A stretch of 64,000 nt of DNA from Monocercomonoides exilis PA203 (GCA_001643675.2 LSRY02000049.1:62001-126000), one strand, 5' to 3'. Positions 43,201 to 56,984 are shown, counted from the first letter of the stretch. Notes: generated by a model not told the origin, from the sequence alone. A program made the numbers and translations.

Positions 43201-46200
43201 ATGAATGAAGATCAGACTCAGCAGGCGAAACAGGGAATTTCATGTCAAATCCATCGGCGTGTGTGGTTAAGTATCGTGCCATTGTGTTCAAAGAAAGAGA
43301 ATTGATGAAGAAATGGAGGGCAGAACAAGGGAATATAACAGTTGTGCCTACATTCAATTGGAAAGGAGTTTGGGGAACGGGAAAAGGAGGCTGAGGAAGA
43401 GGAAGAGGAAGAGGAAGAGAAGAAGACTGAGTGTGAGTGTGGGAGTATAATGGCTGGATGAATATGTGGAGAGGAGAAGTAGGAGGAGGAAGAGGAGGAA
43501 GAGATGGAAGAGAAGATCTGATAGGTTGTTGAAGCTGTTTAGGCTGTTGATTGATATTGTTTGATGAAGAAGCAGCAGAAGAAGAAGAAGCAGAAGAAGG
43601 AAAAGAAGAAGAAGAAGAAGATGTTGAAACTGAAGCAGAAGTTAGAGGATTCACAATATTCTGAATGTTTTGTGGCTGAGCAGACTTCACATTTGGTATT
43701 CTTCTCATCACATCAGATGGAATAGCCTCATTTGTCTGTGGCTGTGCTATTGACATCTGCTGAACTGATGGTATTGTCTGTATTGATTGCATAGGCTGTA
43801 TTGGCTGTATTGCTTGTACAGATGGTATTGCTGGTATTTTATTCATCAAAATATTAGCATTATTATTATTATTATTGTTATTATTGTTATTGATATTGGT
43901 ATTGTTATTGTTCATTCCCATTGTCATTGCCATAGGAGCAGATGACAAAGGCAGCTGTGTCTGGATTGTTGCGGTGATTTCGCTGTTTATTCGACTTAAC
44001 ATCTGATTGATTGGAACATCTTCTGTGTGTTTGGCTGCATTGGAATCAACAGATGCTCTTCTTCCTCTTTGTTTGGACGAGGAACGAGTGGAACGAGAAG
44101 AAGAGGAGGAGGAAGAGGAAGAAGAAGAAGAGGAAGAAGAAGAAGATGATGATGAAATGGCAGGTTTATTGCGAGTGTTGAGAGGAGGAGGAGAAACAGA
44201 GACGACTTTTGAGAAGAAAGGAGAGGAAGGAGGGATGCGTGGATGGTCTATGGAAGAGGAAATGGAGGCAAAAACAGGAGGAACAAAAGCAGAGGAAGAA
44301 GTGGAAAGAGCAAGAGTGGAAGAGGAGGAAGAAGAGGAAGAAGAATTAACTGATGATGATGGCTGTGAAGAAGAAGAAATTGAAGAAGAAGAAGAAGAAG
44401 AAGAAGAAGAAGGTTGTGAAGAAGAATATGAAGCAGAAGCAGAAGAGGAAGAGGAAGGAGAAACAGAGTAATTCTGCATAACACCAATTTTAGGTGCAGG
44501 CGAAGGAAGAGAAGAGACAGAAGAAGCGTGTGGTGGAAGAGGAGGAAGAGGAGGAGAAGATTTGTTGAAGTGCTTTTGTGTGGAGTGGTCAAATGAAGTG
44601 GGAAATGGAGAATGAGATGAAGAGAATGAAGAAGAAGAAGAAGAGGAAGAAGAAGAAGAGGAAGAAGATGATGATGATACAATGGCTGAAGTGGAGGAAG
44701 GTCTTTTCGGCATAGGCAGAACACGAGGAAATGCAGTAGAAGAAGAAGAAGAAGAAGACAGCAGATTAGCAGGAGGAGTTGGAGTGTTGCGCTTCTTCAC
44801 CACGAGCTGAGAAGGGTGTATGAGGAGAGAAGAAGGAGATATGGTGCCAGAGGTGAGGTGAGGGGAGATGAGGAGTGAATGAGCGAGTGAAGACATGGAA
44901 CGCACAGAAGAGGAAGCAGACAGAGCTGGAGAGACAGAGGGGACGAGGGGATCATAGCGGAGTGGAGTGAGGGAAGGGGTGAGGGAGGGGGTTGGGATGG
45001 AGGAGCGAGAGGAAGAAGAAGAGGAAGAGGAAGAAGAGGAAGAGGAAGAAGAGGAAGAGGAAGAGGAATAGGAAGAGGAAGAGGAGGAAGTAAATAAAGC
45101 ACCTGGAGGAGGTGAAATATTGGCAGAAATGAAAGCGTTTGTGTCAACTGCCTTGTGGCTTGTTGGTTGAGTGGCTGTTCTGATGTGTTCAGAGAGAAGG
45201 GAATTGGCATTCGTTCTTTTTTGCTCGTTGGCTTCTGAAGTGTTTAATGAATTTTTCATTTTTGTTTCTTCTTCTTCTTCTTCTTCTTCTTCCTTTTTCT
45301 GATTTTTTGAAGTTGAAGATGATGTTTTGTGTGTTTGATTGCTACGTGAATGATGTGAAGAATCGCTCAACTTGCCATTTTCTTTCTTCTTTTCCTTCTC
45401 CTCTTTGCTTTCTTTCCCTTCTTTTCGTTCTTTCTGTGTCTTCTGTGATGAATGCTGATGATGCCTCGATTTCTCTCTCGCCTCTGCTTTCCCTTTCTCC
45501 TTCTCTTCCGTCTTTTTCCCTTTGCTTCCTCCACTCATCCTCCCTGCTTTGCTCGCAATCTGCGAAGAAAGCGGAGGAAAAGGCTGTCTGTGAAATGAGC
45601 CAGCAACAGAAGAGTGTGCTTGTGTGATCGCTGGATGCCTTGGGGGAAACTGTGAACGCTGTGAATATGGGGAATATGGGGTATATTGCGAACATTGAGA
45701 ATATCTGTTATATTGGGAGAGCTGTGGATATTGAGAGAACTGGGAGAACTGAGACAGACGATCAGAAGGAGGCGGGGAAAGCGAGTGGGAGGTGTGGAGG
45801 GAATGCATCATGTGGCGACTGCGAAGAGGGTGCTGTTGTTGTTGTGGATTCAGCTGATTCAGCTGATTCTGCTGATGATGAAGATATCCTTGCTGTTGTT
45901 GATGATGATGGCTGTTGAGAGGAACGTGAGTGAATGGCTGGCCCAGTCGATGCCGAGCAGAGTCGAATGGAGAGCCAAGTGGCAGATACATCCCCAGCTG
46001 TGACTGAGAACGGGCAATGAACGATGGGTCGGAAAAGACGGGCTGGTTAGCTTGCTTCTGGGAGGAGGAATTGGATTTTGTTAAAGAGGAGGAGGAGGAT
46101 GATGATGATGATGTGGATGAAGAGCTGTTCTTTGTGTTTTGTTGGTGTTCTTTGTCTTGCTTGCTTTTTGATTCGCTCTCTTCGCCATCTTCTTCCTCTT

Positions 46201-48479
46201 CTTCTTCGTATTCTTCATCCTCTTCTTCATCTTCTTCATCTTCATAGCTACTTCTGCCTTGTTCCTCTTCATCATCAGCTTGATCGCCTCCACTTCTCTT
46301 TCCTTTCCTTCCTTCCTTCTCTTCTCCTCTTCTTCCCTCTTCCCCTTCTTTCTCCTCTTCTACCTCCCCTTCTTCTTCTTCTTCTTCTTTCTTCTTCCTT
46401 TCCTCTCTGCTTTCATCTCCATCCAATTCTGAAAGAGACAAAGACGATGCTCCTTCCAATGAAAATGGCGTGCTCTGTTTGTTCTCACATTCTTCAGTTT
46501 TGTCATTCGCCTTCTCTTTTTCCTCTTTTTCCTCTTTTTTCCTTTTTTCATTGCTTTCCCCTTCATTCAAACATTCGCCTGGCTTTGTGCTTTCTGCGCC
46601 TTTTTCCCCTTTCCCTTCACAAATTGCCTCGTTTTCCCCTTTCCCTTTCACCTCTTCGCTCTCTCCAGCAACCCCTCGTTCCTCTGCCTTCTCTTCTTTT
46701 CCCTTTCCCCTCTTCATCTTCATCTTCTCCTCTATTGCTTTGTCCCTTTCTTTCTCACTCATCTTCTGCAGCTGCTGCTCAAACTCCCTTTCCAGCTCAG
46801 CCATCTCTTCTTCTCCTTTCCTCCCGCCATTCTTCTTCCCCATCAGCGCAAACAAGGCAAACGGGTTCTCACACACAAACGGACTCTTCTGCTTCTTCCC
46901 TGCTTTGCTTTTATCATTCAATGAAACTTCCTCTAATTGTGTTTTCTCTTTTGACTTATTTGTCTTAGCTTCTTCTTCGTTGTTCTTTTGTTCTTTGTTT
47001 GCCTTCTCTTCTCCTTCTCTCTCTTCATCTTCACTGGATTTTTCAGAATTCTTTCCTGTTTCTTTTTTCTTTGGAGATTCTTTCTCTTTCTTTGCATCCA
47101 TTAAATTCTCATTATTTGCACCATTTTTTCCTTTTCCCTCTTCTCCTCTTCCTTCTTCTTCTTCTTCTTCTTCCTTTTTCCTTTCTTTCTCCTTACGAGA
47201 CTTCCTCTTCTGACTTCCACTCGAAGACGACTGCGACTTGTGTCGATGGCGATGTGAATGAGTGTGGGTATGTTCTTTAACAGAAGTGGCAGAAGAGATA
47301 GCAGAAGGAGAGGAGGAGGATGAGGAGGAAGAAGAAGAAGAAGAAGAAGAGAGCATTGCAATAGTAGGTGTCCCAGCCCTCATAGCAGCTGTCTTCAGTC
47401 TGAGCTGCTCTGATCCTCTCTTCTTGTCGTATTGGATGAGCAGCCTTGCCCTCATCTTCCCCATCTCCATCTCTCGCTCCATCTTCTGCTGCTCCTCCAG
47501 CGCTGCTGCTTCTGCACCTGAAGCTCCTTCTCTGTCATTCTGAGGCGATCCACTGAAGCTGCCTTGGTTGAGTTCAGAGCGAACACCTGAATGCAATGAA
47601 GAAGAGGCTGATGGGGATGATTCTGTCTGCCGTGACGACATCGCACCGAGAGTCGATAAACACGAAAAGGGTGCTACTGATACAGCAGATTCAGATGGTG
47701 GTGACAAACCATTTGGAGTTGAAAACGAAGAAGAAGACGATGATGAGTTGAACGAAGGACTTGGAGAATCAGGCTTTGTCGGATCAGAGAATGTGGAGTA
47801 TATCTTTTGATCGCTTTTTTGTAATTTATCATCCACTGAAGGAGTAGTTGATATAGATGTTGGTGTTGTTGATGGGGAATAAGAATGAGCTGAGTTTATT
47901 TGGCCTGATGGAAGTGTTTCAATTGTCGATGATGGTGTTTCGCTGGTCGATGGTGTGGACAGTTGTGTTGGTGTTTGTTGTTTTAAGGACAATGTGGAAG
48001 TTGAGTTAATTGATGAAAGACTCTGTACTTTTGCTTCTTGGAAAATGTTTTCATTTGAATCTAAATTTTGAGCTGATGAAGTTGAAGATATAATTAATTT
48101 TGGTGAACTTTTCCCATCTTCTGGACTTTGAAAAAAAGTGTGAGACAATATAATTTTTGGATCTGCAAATGTATTTAAGGCAACTTCCTGCTATAAAAGA
48201 AAATGAATTTTAACAAAGAAAAATAATAAATAAAGTTTTGTTTCATTGGCACACATTTTGTGAAGTTCTAATAATAATTCCATGCTTTCCTAATCCATCA
48301 TAAAAGTCTGTTATGGATGTTATTGTTGATGAAGGAAATGCTATTCCATCCGAAGGATTTGTTGATCGAACAAATAGCAAATGAGATGAAAGTAAAAAAA
48401 GTGTTCCTGTAGATGCTTCAGAATGTTTCTCACTTGCGCAACAAGAATAAATTGCTTTGGCATCTTTTGATAGACCAAA
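40286..48479 (-). CDS. Very large GRAM + VASt (StARkin; LAM/Aster/GRAMD1-like) membrane-anchored lipid-transfer protein; further 5' exons probably extend to ~49170
   Basis: GRAM/PH-like exon 48479-48255 (FGLSKD..IYSCCASE..GTLFLLSSHLLF). VASt-like region ~43340-42620 (FTRLLRY..EEKHIL..VEVRTLDVPFAANFYNRARFRVE..VRVECSYEI..K.FMMKGVV). TM helix plus amphipathic coil ~41965-41845; second TM at the C-terminus; extensive poly-S/poly-E. Confidence 0.8.
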
Positions 48480-49419
48480 CTTTTCAGTTGAAGCAATTAA
48501 TTAAAAAAGAAAAGAGAAAAAATAAACAAAAAAATGTATATTTACATAAAACAATGTTTTACAAATTTCATGTGCAAATGTTGCAAAATATAAAAAATAA
48601 ATGCAAACTGATTCCAAAGATATATCAGAAAAAGACAGCAATTTCATCTTGAAGGCTTATCGGAGTGATCAGAATATATCAATATAAGAATAATGGCATC
48701 GCAATCATTTTACAAAATATTCGTGTTTGTCGCTCTGCAACAGGTTAAAACGTATTATCTTTAATTGATATGATTTCATTTTATGTCAATGATAAAAAGA
48801 CATAGACGGAAAAAGAAATACGCTGATTTTCCGTTTTTTCATCACACTTGTTTCTGTTCAATTGCATTTTGATCTTATGAAATGATATATTTCTATTCGT
48901 ACTTGAGCAGCATATTCTCATAAAATTATCAAATTTTGATGAGAAATATGTTATAAATTCTCAAAAAAAGGATTCATTGGTGTTTGCATAACAAAAATTG
49001 ATAAATAAAATATAATAAAAATTAAAATAAATGCGAGCCTCTACTCGTAAGCCTTTTTTCATTCATTTGGAATGACGAAGAATTCCTGAAATTTGGAAAA
49101 TGCACGAATGTGAAATGTTTGAATCGTTTCGTGAAAGCTTTTTAAGTTACTCATTTTTATTGCTTGTCATAAATATTTTGAGTCATTTCTCCTTGAACAC
49201 ATGGCTATTTGACTTCAAAGAGATGGTATTTTATCTTCCACTTGATGAATTCTCGATATCAAGGTTTTAAATCAAAAGAAAATTTTATTCTCATTGTTTG
49301 TTCTGATGATGTATCTTTCTTCCATTGTTTTGCGCATCTAGTGATAAACTTCTCGAATATATTGCAGAAATTATTAACGTGATTTGAAAGCGCATAATAC
49401 AGTGAGTTTGACATATGCA

Positions 49420-50356
49420 TCATAATCCATTCGTGAATGAACTTTACTTATGTTTGTGTTCAACAAGAGTTATAATTTTGCCTGTATCTTTCAGAATTCG
49501 GTATATATCTAAAAATATTGACATAGCAATTAAATAAGAACATAAACAATAGCAAATCGACAATTTCAAAAGTTCTTCACACAAAGTGCATAAACCAAAA
49601 GCCACGCCACAATGAGAAAGTGTAAAGAAATAGAAATATTTAATCTGTTTGGAAGAAATACTCCAATATCAGTCGTCGGGGTGAATACATCAAAGCACTA
49701 TATAAACAAAATACACCATAAATATTATTTGATTATGCTAATTTTAACGAATAAGCACAAACTGCAACGAAGGTGATGATTTCCAAAACAGAAGAAAGCA
49801 ATAGGCAGATCGGTAAAATTTTTGAACGAATTCGAAATAAAAGTGGAGAAGTTTGTAGTATGTGTTGTCGAATTAAGAAAAGAAAATTCTTGAAAAGATC
49901 TGTGGCTGACCAGGCAAATAGCATTGGCGAGGTCCACCATCCAATGCACGCATTTGGAAATATTTGATAAATCACACAAACAATTATAATTCGATTTATT
50001 GTTGGAAATATAATTACTGTTCCAGCTTCTGATGATAATTCTAAAAAATAATGAACAATCTTGTCAAAAATTACATATTATGAATGAATTTTCAAATTGT
50101 ACAAATGAAAAAATACTTCCATCCAATTCAATAAAACTTGTGCTTTTTCGAATTTAAATGGCCGATTGAATAAATGAATTTGATGCTTAATGTCTCTTAA
50201 TTCTTTTATAGTGAAAATAACAATCAAAATGCTAGAATTCATTTCATGTCATTTTGAAAAATTAAATAAAGTTGTAATGATTTCATACCTCAATGCTATC
50301 CTAACAAAAGCCAAAAAAGATAAATAAATTTCTGTATAGTTCGATATATGCTTCAT
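49420..50356 (-). CDS. 3-hydroxyacyl-CoA dehydratase (HACD/PHS1/PTPLA)-like membrane protein, divergent (5 exons, ~227 aa)
   Basis: Exons 50356-50289, 50231-50117, 50059-49763, 49697-49583, 49508-49420 splice in frame. AQVLLNWMEIVHYFL, TINRIIIV, MLFAWSATDLFK, FRIRSKILPICLLLSSVLE and LPNRLNISI follow the PTPLA family motif order. Confidence 0.72.
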
Positions 50357-50875
50357 TATTCGAATTTTTATATCATGATAATAAAAATTATATATCATCA
50401 CAAATGTTAAAAAAAATAAAATGTTTCGATATTTGGAAAATAATCCATAGATAAGAAGAATATCATCAATAATATTATTGAAGTTGTTCCACAAAGATTT
50501 GATGACATCAATTTCGAAATTTCAATTTTTATTGAATTATTCTTTTGATAAAAAAGTTGCATTATAAAATTTTTCAAACCAACTGAATATAACTTTAACG
50601 AAATTCACTTGTTTCAACAAATCAAATTTCTCAGTTTTTTCAAGGAATTTTGCTCTCAAAATTTTCTCTCATAATTTATTTGAAACAAAAGCCAAAGATA
50701 ATTTTTCAAAATCCAAAAAGAAATGTATGTGCATGACTTGTTTCTTTTTCATCTTCGTTTGAAAAATATTTTCCTGTTCTTTTGAATATTCGTTTGATCT
50801 TTCAGTTTCGCAATTATAAGAAAAAAGATCTGAAATTGTGAGCTTTTTTGACATTACCAGCCCCTGGTCTGAAAA

Positions 50876-51764
50876 ATGTCAAATTACTATTCTGATTCAG
50901 ATTCTTCTGATGAGGACAAATGGATTACAGAATGGGTGAATGAGTCCTGTAACAGATTTCTTTGTGAAGTTCCTGAAGAATTTATTATTGACGAATTTAA
51001 TTTAATTGGATTGCCACAATATATTGACCATTATGACGCAGCTTTATGTCGTTTGTTGGATGATTCGGATGAAGATACAGATGCAGATGAGGAAGATATT
51101 GAACTTGATACTCAAAAGTTGTATGGATACATTCATCAACGATATCTTACTTCTGCACCTGGATTAAAAGCTATGAAGTCAAAATATAGAAAGAAGCATT
51201 TCGGGTTATGTCCACGATTGAGTTGCGCATATCAACCTCTTTTACCGTGTGGAATCTCTGAAAGATTTGGTAAAGGAACAGTTCGAGCATTTTGTCCAAA
51301 ATGTGAAAATATTTATACAGTTGCTCATCCGCAAAGAGCTTGTTTGATATTATTCTTTTTATTTTGATTTTTTGTATTTCATTCAAAAATATTACATATT
51401 TGTTATTTGGTTTTTTTCAGATCTTGATGGAGCATGCTTTGGTCCAGCTTTTCCCCATTTATTTTTAATGGTTTATCCAGAATTGCTTCCTAACGCTACT
51501 GAAACAACAGAAACGGGATATGAACCAATTTTAGATTCATTAAAGAAATTGAAGTCAACATTCATTCAACAACAACATGCTCAGCAACAAAAAGAGGGGT
51601 TAGTTGCGACAGAAGAAGGAAAAGATGAGGCAGAAAGCAGCGCATCAAATGCATCTCCATCATCCGCAGCTACTCCAGTTGGAAAACAGCATCAGAATGA
51701 AAGCGGAAGAATTGACGCAGGGGAGTCGGACACTTCAGATGACGCATCCTTATCTGATTTTTGA
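50876..51764 (+). CDS. CSNK2B: Casein kinase II regulatory (beta) subunit (2 exons)
   Basis: WITEWV, FLCEVPEEFIIDEFNLIGL, LYGYIHQRY, zinc ribbon CPRLSC...CPKC, intron ~51342-51420, LDGACFGPAFPHLFLMVYP. Confidence 0.95.
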
Positions 51765-51926
51765 TCAAACATAATCTCAAACTTTCTATTTGCTTACACA
51801 CTTCAGCTAGTGTTAATTTATACATTTCTTCGTTTTTTATTTTTATTTTTTTTCAAAATGAAAACAACAAATGATATTCAATTTTTTTAAGATATGGGCG
51901 CTAAACCATAAGCACAATCCTTGATC

Positions 51927-54900
51927 ATGGAAGAACCAGACTTTTTCACTTTAGACGAAATATGGACGGTAATTGGTTCATTCTTCGATGAAAAGGGACT
52001 TGTGTTTCAGCAAATAGATTCATTTAATTACTTTATTCGCAAACAAATTCAAAATCATCTGAAAGAGCATCCGGCAATAACCCTTATTCCTCAAGAGCAA
52101 CATGTTCCTGGGGAAGCTCCAATTCAATCCGTATGAGCAAGCGTTTAAAAATATAAGCTGTTGTGAATTTTATTATTTTTAAATTCTCTTTTCTTTCTTT
52201 AGACTCGTTATTCACTTCGTTTTGACCAATGCTACATTGATTTTCCTCGTGTTAAAAATTACTTTTCTGCTTCAAAGCCTATGTCTCCAAATGATGCTCG
52301 TTTGAGAAATTTAACGTCTGCTACACTTTTGATTGGAGATTTTTTGCTTAAGTGCTTTAAATTGATCGTCAAAATATTTACGAATGAAAACTAAACTCCA
52401 CAACATATACATTTTTCAATTTTATAAATCTATACATATTTTATTTTATGCAAACGTTTATTTTTTGTATTTTTTCATTTCTTACTATTTTAGGTATTCG
52501 GGAAATTTGTATGTTGATATTGTTAAGGAACAAGAAGTTTTAGATGATCCTACTCCAATCCCACCCACTAAAATTGGGCAAGTATTCTTGGGAAAGGTAA
52601 GCGAAAATTTTCATCGTTTAAACTGACTTTGTTTTTATTTTTCGCCTCCTTGCAACACAAAATGGTCAACTCAAAGATACCTATGATGCTGCGAACGGAG
52701 TATTGCCACCTTGATAAAATCAGCGAACAAGAGCGGCGAAAGCTCGGGGAATGCGCTTACGATCAAGGTGGTTACTTTATCATCAACGGAGGAGAAAAAG
52801 TTGTGTTAGCACAAGAAAAGATGGCTCACAATATTGTTGTTGTATTTAAAAAGCCACCGAATTCTCGATACTTGTATCAAGCTGAGTGTAGATCTGCTTT
52901 TGAAAAAGGAACAATGGAAATTTGCAAGATGACTGTATCTATGATGAGTCAATTTCCAGTTCGGTTTAATCTTCATTTCTCTGGGCATCCATTTCACGTT
53001 CAAATGCCTTATCTGAGAGAAGAAGTACCTCTTGTTGTCATGTTCCGAGCTTTGGGTATTGTTGGCGATCGCGATGTCCTTGAGCATATTGTCTTCGATC
53101 TGAGCGATATGAGAATGCTGGGTGTTCTGCGAGCATCTCTGATTGAAGCACAAACAATCCAAACACAAAGCGATGCACTCGATCTGATTGCAAAGCGTGT
53201 GCTGGAGAAGCCTGTGATGGACGCAAGTGCTCGTATTGAGTATGCGCAGGAGCTGCTGCAGTCAAAGTTTCTGCCTCATGTTGGTGTTTCTGACGGCTCG
53301 CGTGTTCGAAAAGCATTCTTTTTGGGGTATTCTGTGAATCGAACCCTTCAGGTGCATCTCGACCAGCGGCAGCCCGACGACAGAGATCACTACGGGAACA
53401 AGCGTCTTGATCTCGCTGGAGCACTGCTCTCCTCTCTTTTCAGGCAGCTCTTCCACAAAATGGTCAAAGACGCTCGAAAGGCTCTTCAGTCTGATGTGAA
53501 CCGAGGCTATCCATTGGACGAGACTCGCATTTCGCGTGCCATCAACGACAAGGCGCTCACCCAGCATCTGCAGTACTGCCTCGGAACAGGCAACTGGGGC
53601 GCTAAAAAGGGAGAACCGACAGCCACAGGTGTCTCGCAGCCTTTGAACAGACTGACTTATGCATCAACCCTGTCGCATCTGCGCAGACTGAACTCACCCA
53701 TCGATAGAGGTGGAAAGCAGCCGCGTCCTCGTCAGCTGCACAACACTCACTGGGGTATGCTTTGCCCGGCTGAGACGCCTGAGGGACAGGCTTGTGGGCT
53801 TGTGAAGAACTTGGCAATGATGTGCTCTGTGTCAATTGGCTTTTCAACAGACATTATTCTTGATCAGTTGAGCCAGTGGGGTATGGAGACCTTTAACGAG
53901 ATCAGCCCAGACATCATCGCTCACTCTGCAAAGGTGTTTGTGAATGGAGCGTGGCTGGGAATTGTGAGAGAACCGGAAGATTTTGTGAATGCTTTCAAGG
54001 AAATTCGGCGAGCGGAATGGACAAACGACCCACGGAGGATGGACATGCTGCACGAAATGACAGTAGTCTTTGACCATTCAGAGCTGGACATCCGAATCTA
54101 CTGCGATGCAGGGCGTGTTCTTCGTCCTTTGTTTGTTGTGGAAAAGGACTTGGAAACGCAGCAGTGCCAGCTGAAGCTTACCCACGACCAGGTGGACCGG
54201 CTGAAGGATCCGAACGATCCATTCCGGTGGGAAGATCTGGTGAAGGAAGGAGTTGTGGAGCTGGTGGGCTGTGAAGAGGAGGAGTCGTGCACTGTTGCCA
54301 TGTTTGAAGAGGATATGTATCCTCAGATCACTGAGACAGAAATACGTCCCCCAACCATCACCACTTACACCCATTGCGAGATCCATCCGTCGATGATTCT
54401 GGGTGTCTGTGCCTCGATCATCCCGTTCCCCAATCACAATCAATCTCCAAGAAACACATACCAGTCTGCTATGGGGAAGCAGGCTATGGGTGTGCATGCC
54501 ACGTCGTTCTTGCAGAGGATGGACACACTTGCCAATGTTCTGTATTATCCACAGAAGCCTCTTGTCAAGACAAGAATGATGGACTATCTTCACTTCCACT
54601 GTCTGCCTTCTGGACAAAACACCATCACAGCCATTGCTTCGCACACTGGATACAACCAGGAAGATTCCCTAATCCTGAATCAGTCATCTGTCGATAGAGG
54701 TCTCTTCCGCTCTATTTTCTATCGATCCTATCGCGATCAGGAGAAAAGCGGAGGCATATCAAATGAGCGCTTTGAGATACCATCCATTGAAGTGTGCGAA
54801 GCGATGCGGGAAGAAAGTTATTATCAGAAACTGGACGACGATGGGTTTGTTGTGCCAGGCACAGTTGTGCTCGGAAACGATATTCTGATAGGAAAGACAG

Positions 54901-55850
54901 CACCGTCCCGTCTGAGTGGTGTGGATGAAGGGATTGGCGGATTGAATGGTCAAGGCCCCGGAATGGACATGCGCTCGAAGAAGACGAGGAGAGATGTGTC
55001 GACAGGGGAGAGGACGCAGGAGCAAGGGATGGTGGATCGGGTGATGGTTTCGACCAACAACGAAGGGTATCGCTTTGTCAAAGTGCGCACGTATTCTGTT
55101 CGTATTCCTCAGATTGGTGATAAGTTCAGCAGTCGTCATGGGCAGAAAGGAACATGCGGTATGCTGTACAGACAGGAAGATATGCCATTCACAATCGAAG
55201 GCATCACGCCAAATCTTATTATGAATCCTCATGCTATCCCATCTCGTATGACACTGGGGCATCTTATTGAATGTTTGATGGGGAAATTGTCTGCACTGAA
55301 AGCTGAAGAAGGAGATGCGACACCCTTCACAGCAGTGCAAGTTAGCGATATCTCTGAAGCACTGCACCGATACCATTATCAGTCGCACGGAAACGAGGTG
55401 ATGTACTGCGGCCACACAGGGCGTCCGCTTGAGGCGCAGATATTTATTGGCCCCACGTATTATCAGCGGCTGAAGCACATGGTAGACGACAAGATCCACT
55501 CGCGTGCGCGTGGTCCTGTGCAGAACCTGATCCGCCAGCCAATGGAAGGGCGGTCGCGTGATGGTGGGCTGCGGTTCGGAGAAATGGAGAGAGATTGCAT
55601 GATCGCACATGGGGCATCGCTCTTCCTGAAGGATGCAATGTTCGATCGTAGCGATGCATTCAGGGTTCACGTCTGTGACCTCTGCGGCCAGATGGCCATT
55701 GCCAACTTACAGAAGAAGCACTTCGAGTGTAAGGTGTGCAAACAGAGCACACAGATCTCGCAGGTTTTCATTCCGTATGCCGCAAAGACATTGCTCCAAG
55801 AGCTGATGTCGATGACCATCCTCCCGCGACTCATGGTGGAACCTGTCTGA
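51927..55850 (+). CDS. RPB2: DNA-directed RNA polymerase II second-largest subunit (4 exons)
   Basis: GLVFQQIDSFN, DQGGYFIINGGEKV, DDRDHYGNKRLDLAG, CPAETPEGQACGLVKNL, NQSPRNTYQSAMGKQAMG, GYNQEDS, GDKFSSRHGQKG, YYQRLKHMVDDKIHSR, GGLRFGEMERDC, C-terminal zinc finger. Confidence 0.99.
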
Positions 55851-56984
55851 GGGCATCGCATTCTCTTTCGTTTATTTTCTTTTACCACCTTTCTTTTTAT
55901 TATGACAACTTTATTCACATTGTTCTCATTTCAATTCTTTTTGTCACTTGCTGTTGAAGAACATCAACAGTGTTACCGATAATAAAAACATTATCGGAAA
56001 TATATTTTAATTTAAGAATGTATACAATAGTGTATTGCATTATCTCTTATTTTTTCTCAATGTGAAACAGCTTGAAAGCATTTACCAAAAAACCAATCAT
56101 CAGAAAAGCATAAATACTGTAATAAAAGTCTTGTTGAGTAAAAGCATAGTGACATGACGTTGAACGATGCAATGAAAAAGGATGTGTGTGGCTTTGTCAA
56201 ACAATCACTTAAAGGGAAAAGTTTAGCAAGAAAAAAAGGAGGGCTGTAAAATCTATAACGTTAAAATGATCACAAATGAATCAACAAATTTTAAAGTACA
56301 ACATGAACCTAAAACGTACAAAAATATGAAAAGTACGGTCAACATTACTTCGAAACAAATATAATCAATAAACTACTGATATAACCGACACCAAAAGGGG
56401 CAATGAAGAATAATGAAACAATTAAATAAAGAATTGAAACAGCATACAAATATGTTCGTTTGTGCCCAATTCCTTTACTCATACATTAGAAATTATAGAT
56501 GTCGAAAGCTTCCAACATCAGAAATGAAACAGCCAAAGCTCACAGAGAACATAACGAAAAAGAAAGTTGTAGTAAGCCAAAAAGAAAAGGTAGGAACAGA
56601 AACGAATGAATGACCATAATCTGTACCTGATAACGAACAAAAAAGCACAAAAAAGCACAAAGCATCCATTTATCACAACATCAACATATTTAAGTCAAAA
56701 GAAAAATAGTAAAGAAAAAAAGTGAGGTCATACTTTTCATCTCAACAAGAACTCGAATGGAATGAGCATGACACTTACAAAAGTACCATCCCAAAATCAA
56801 AGACGATAAAAATGATTGAACAAAAACAGTTAATCTCTTATCAATCTTTGACTTTTCTCTTGACTTTTTTAAAACAAATAATTCGATTGTAACCGCTTCA
56901 ACACACCCTCTCCAGCCTCATCATCTCCCTCTCCAACTCCTCATCCTCTTCCAACTCCCCTCTCCCGTTCTCTAGCTCCTTTGA

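Noticed and set aside
41994-47810. Plus-strand poly-Glu/poly-Ser ORFs
   Set aside because: Reverse-complement shadows of the low-complexity tracts in the GRAM-VASt gene
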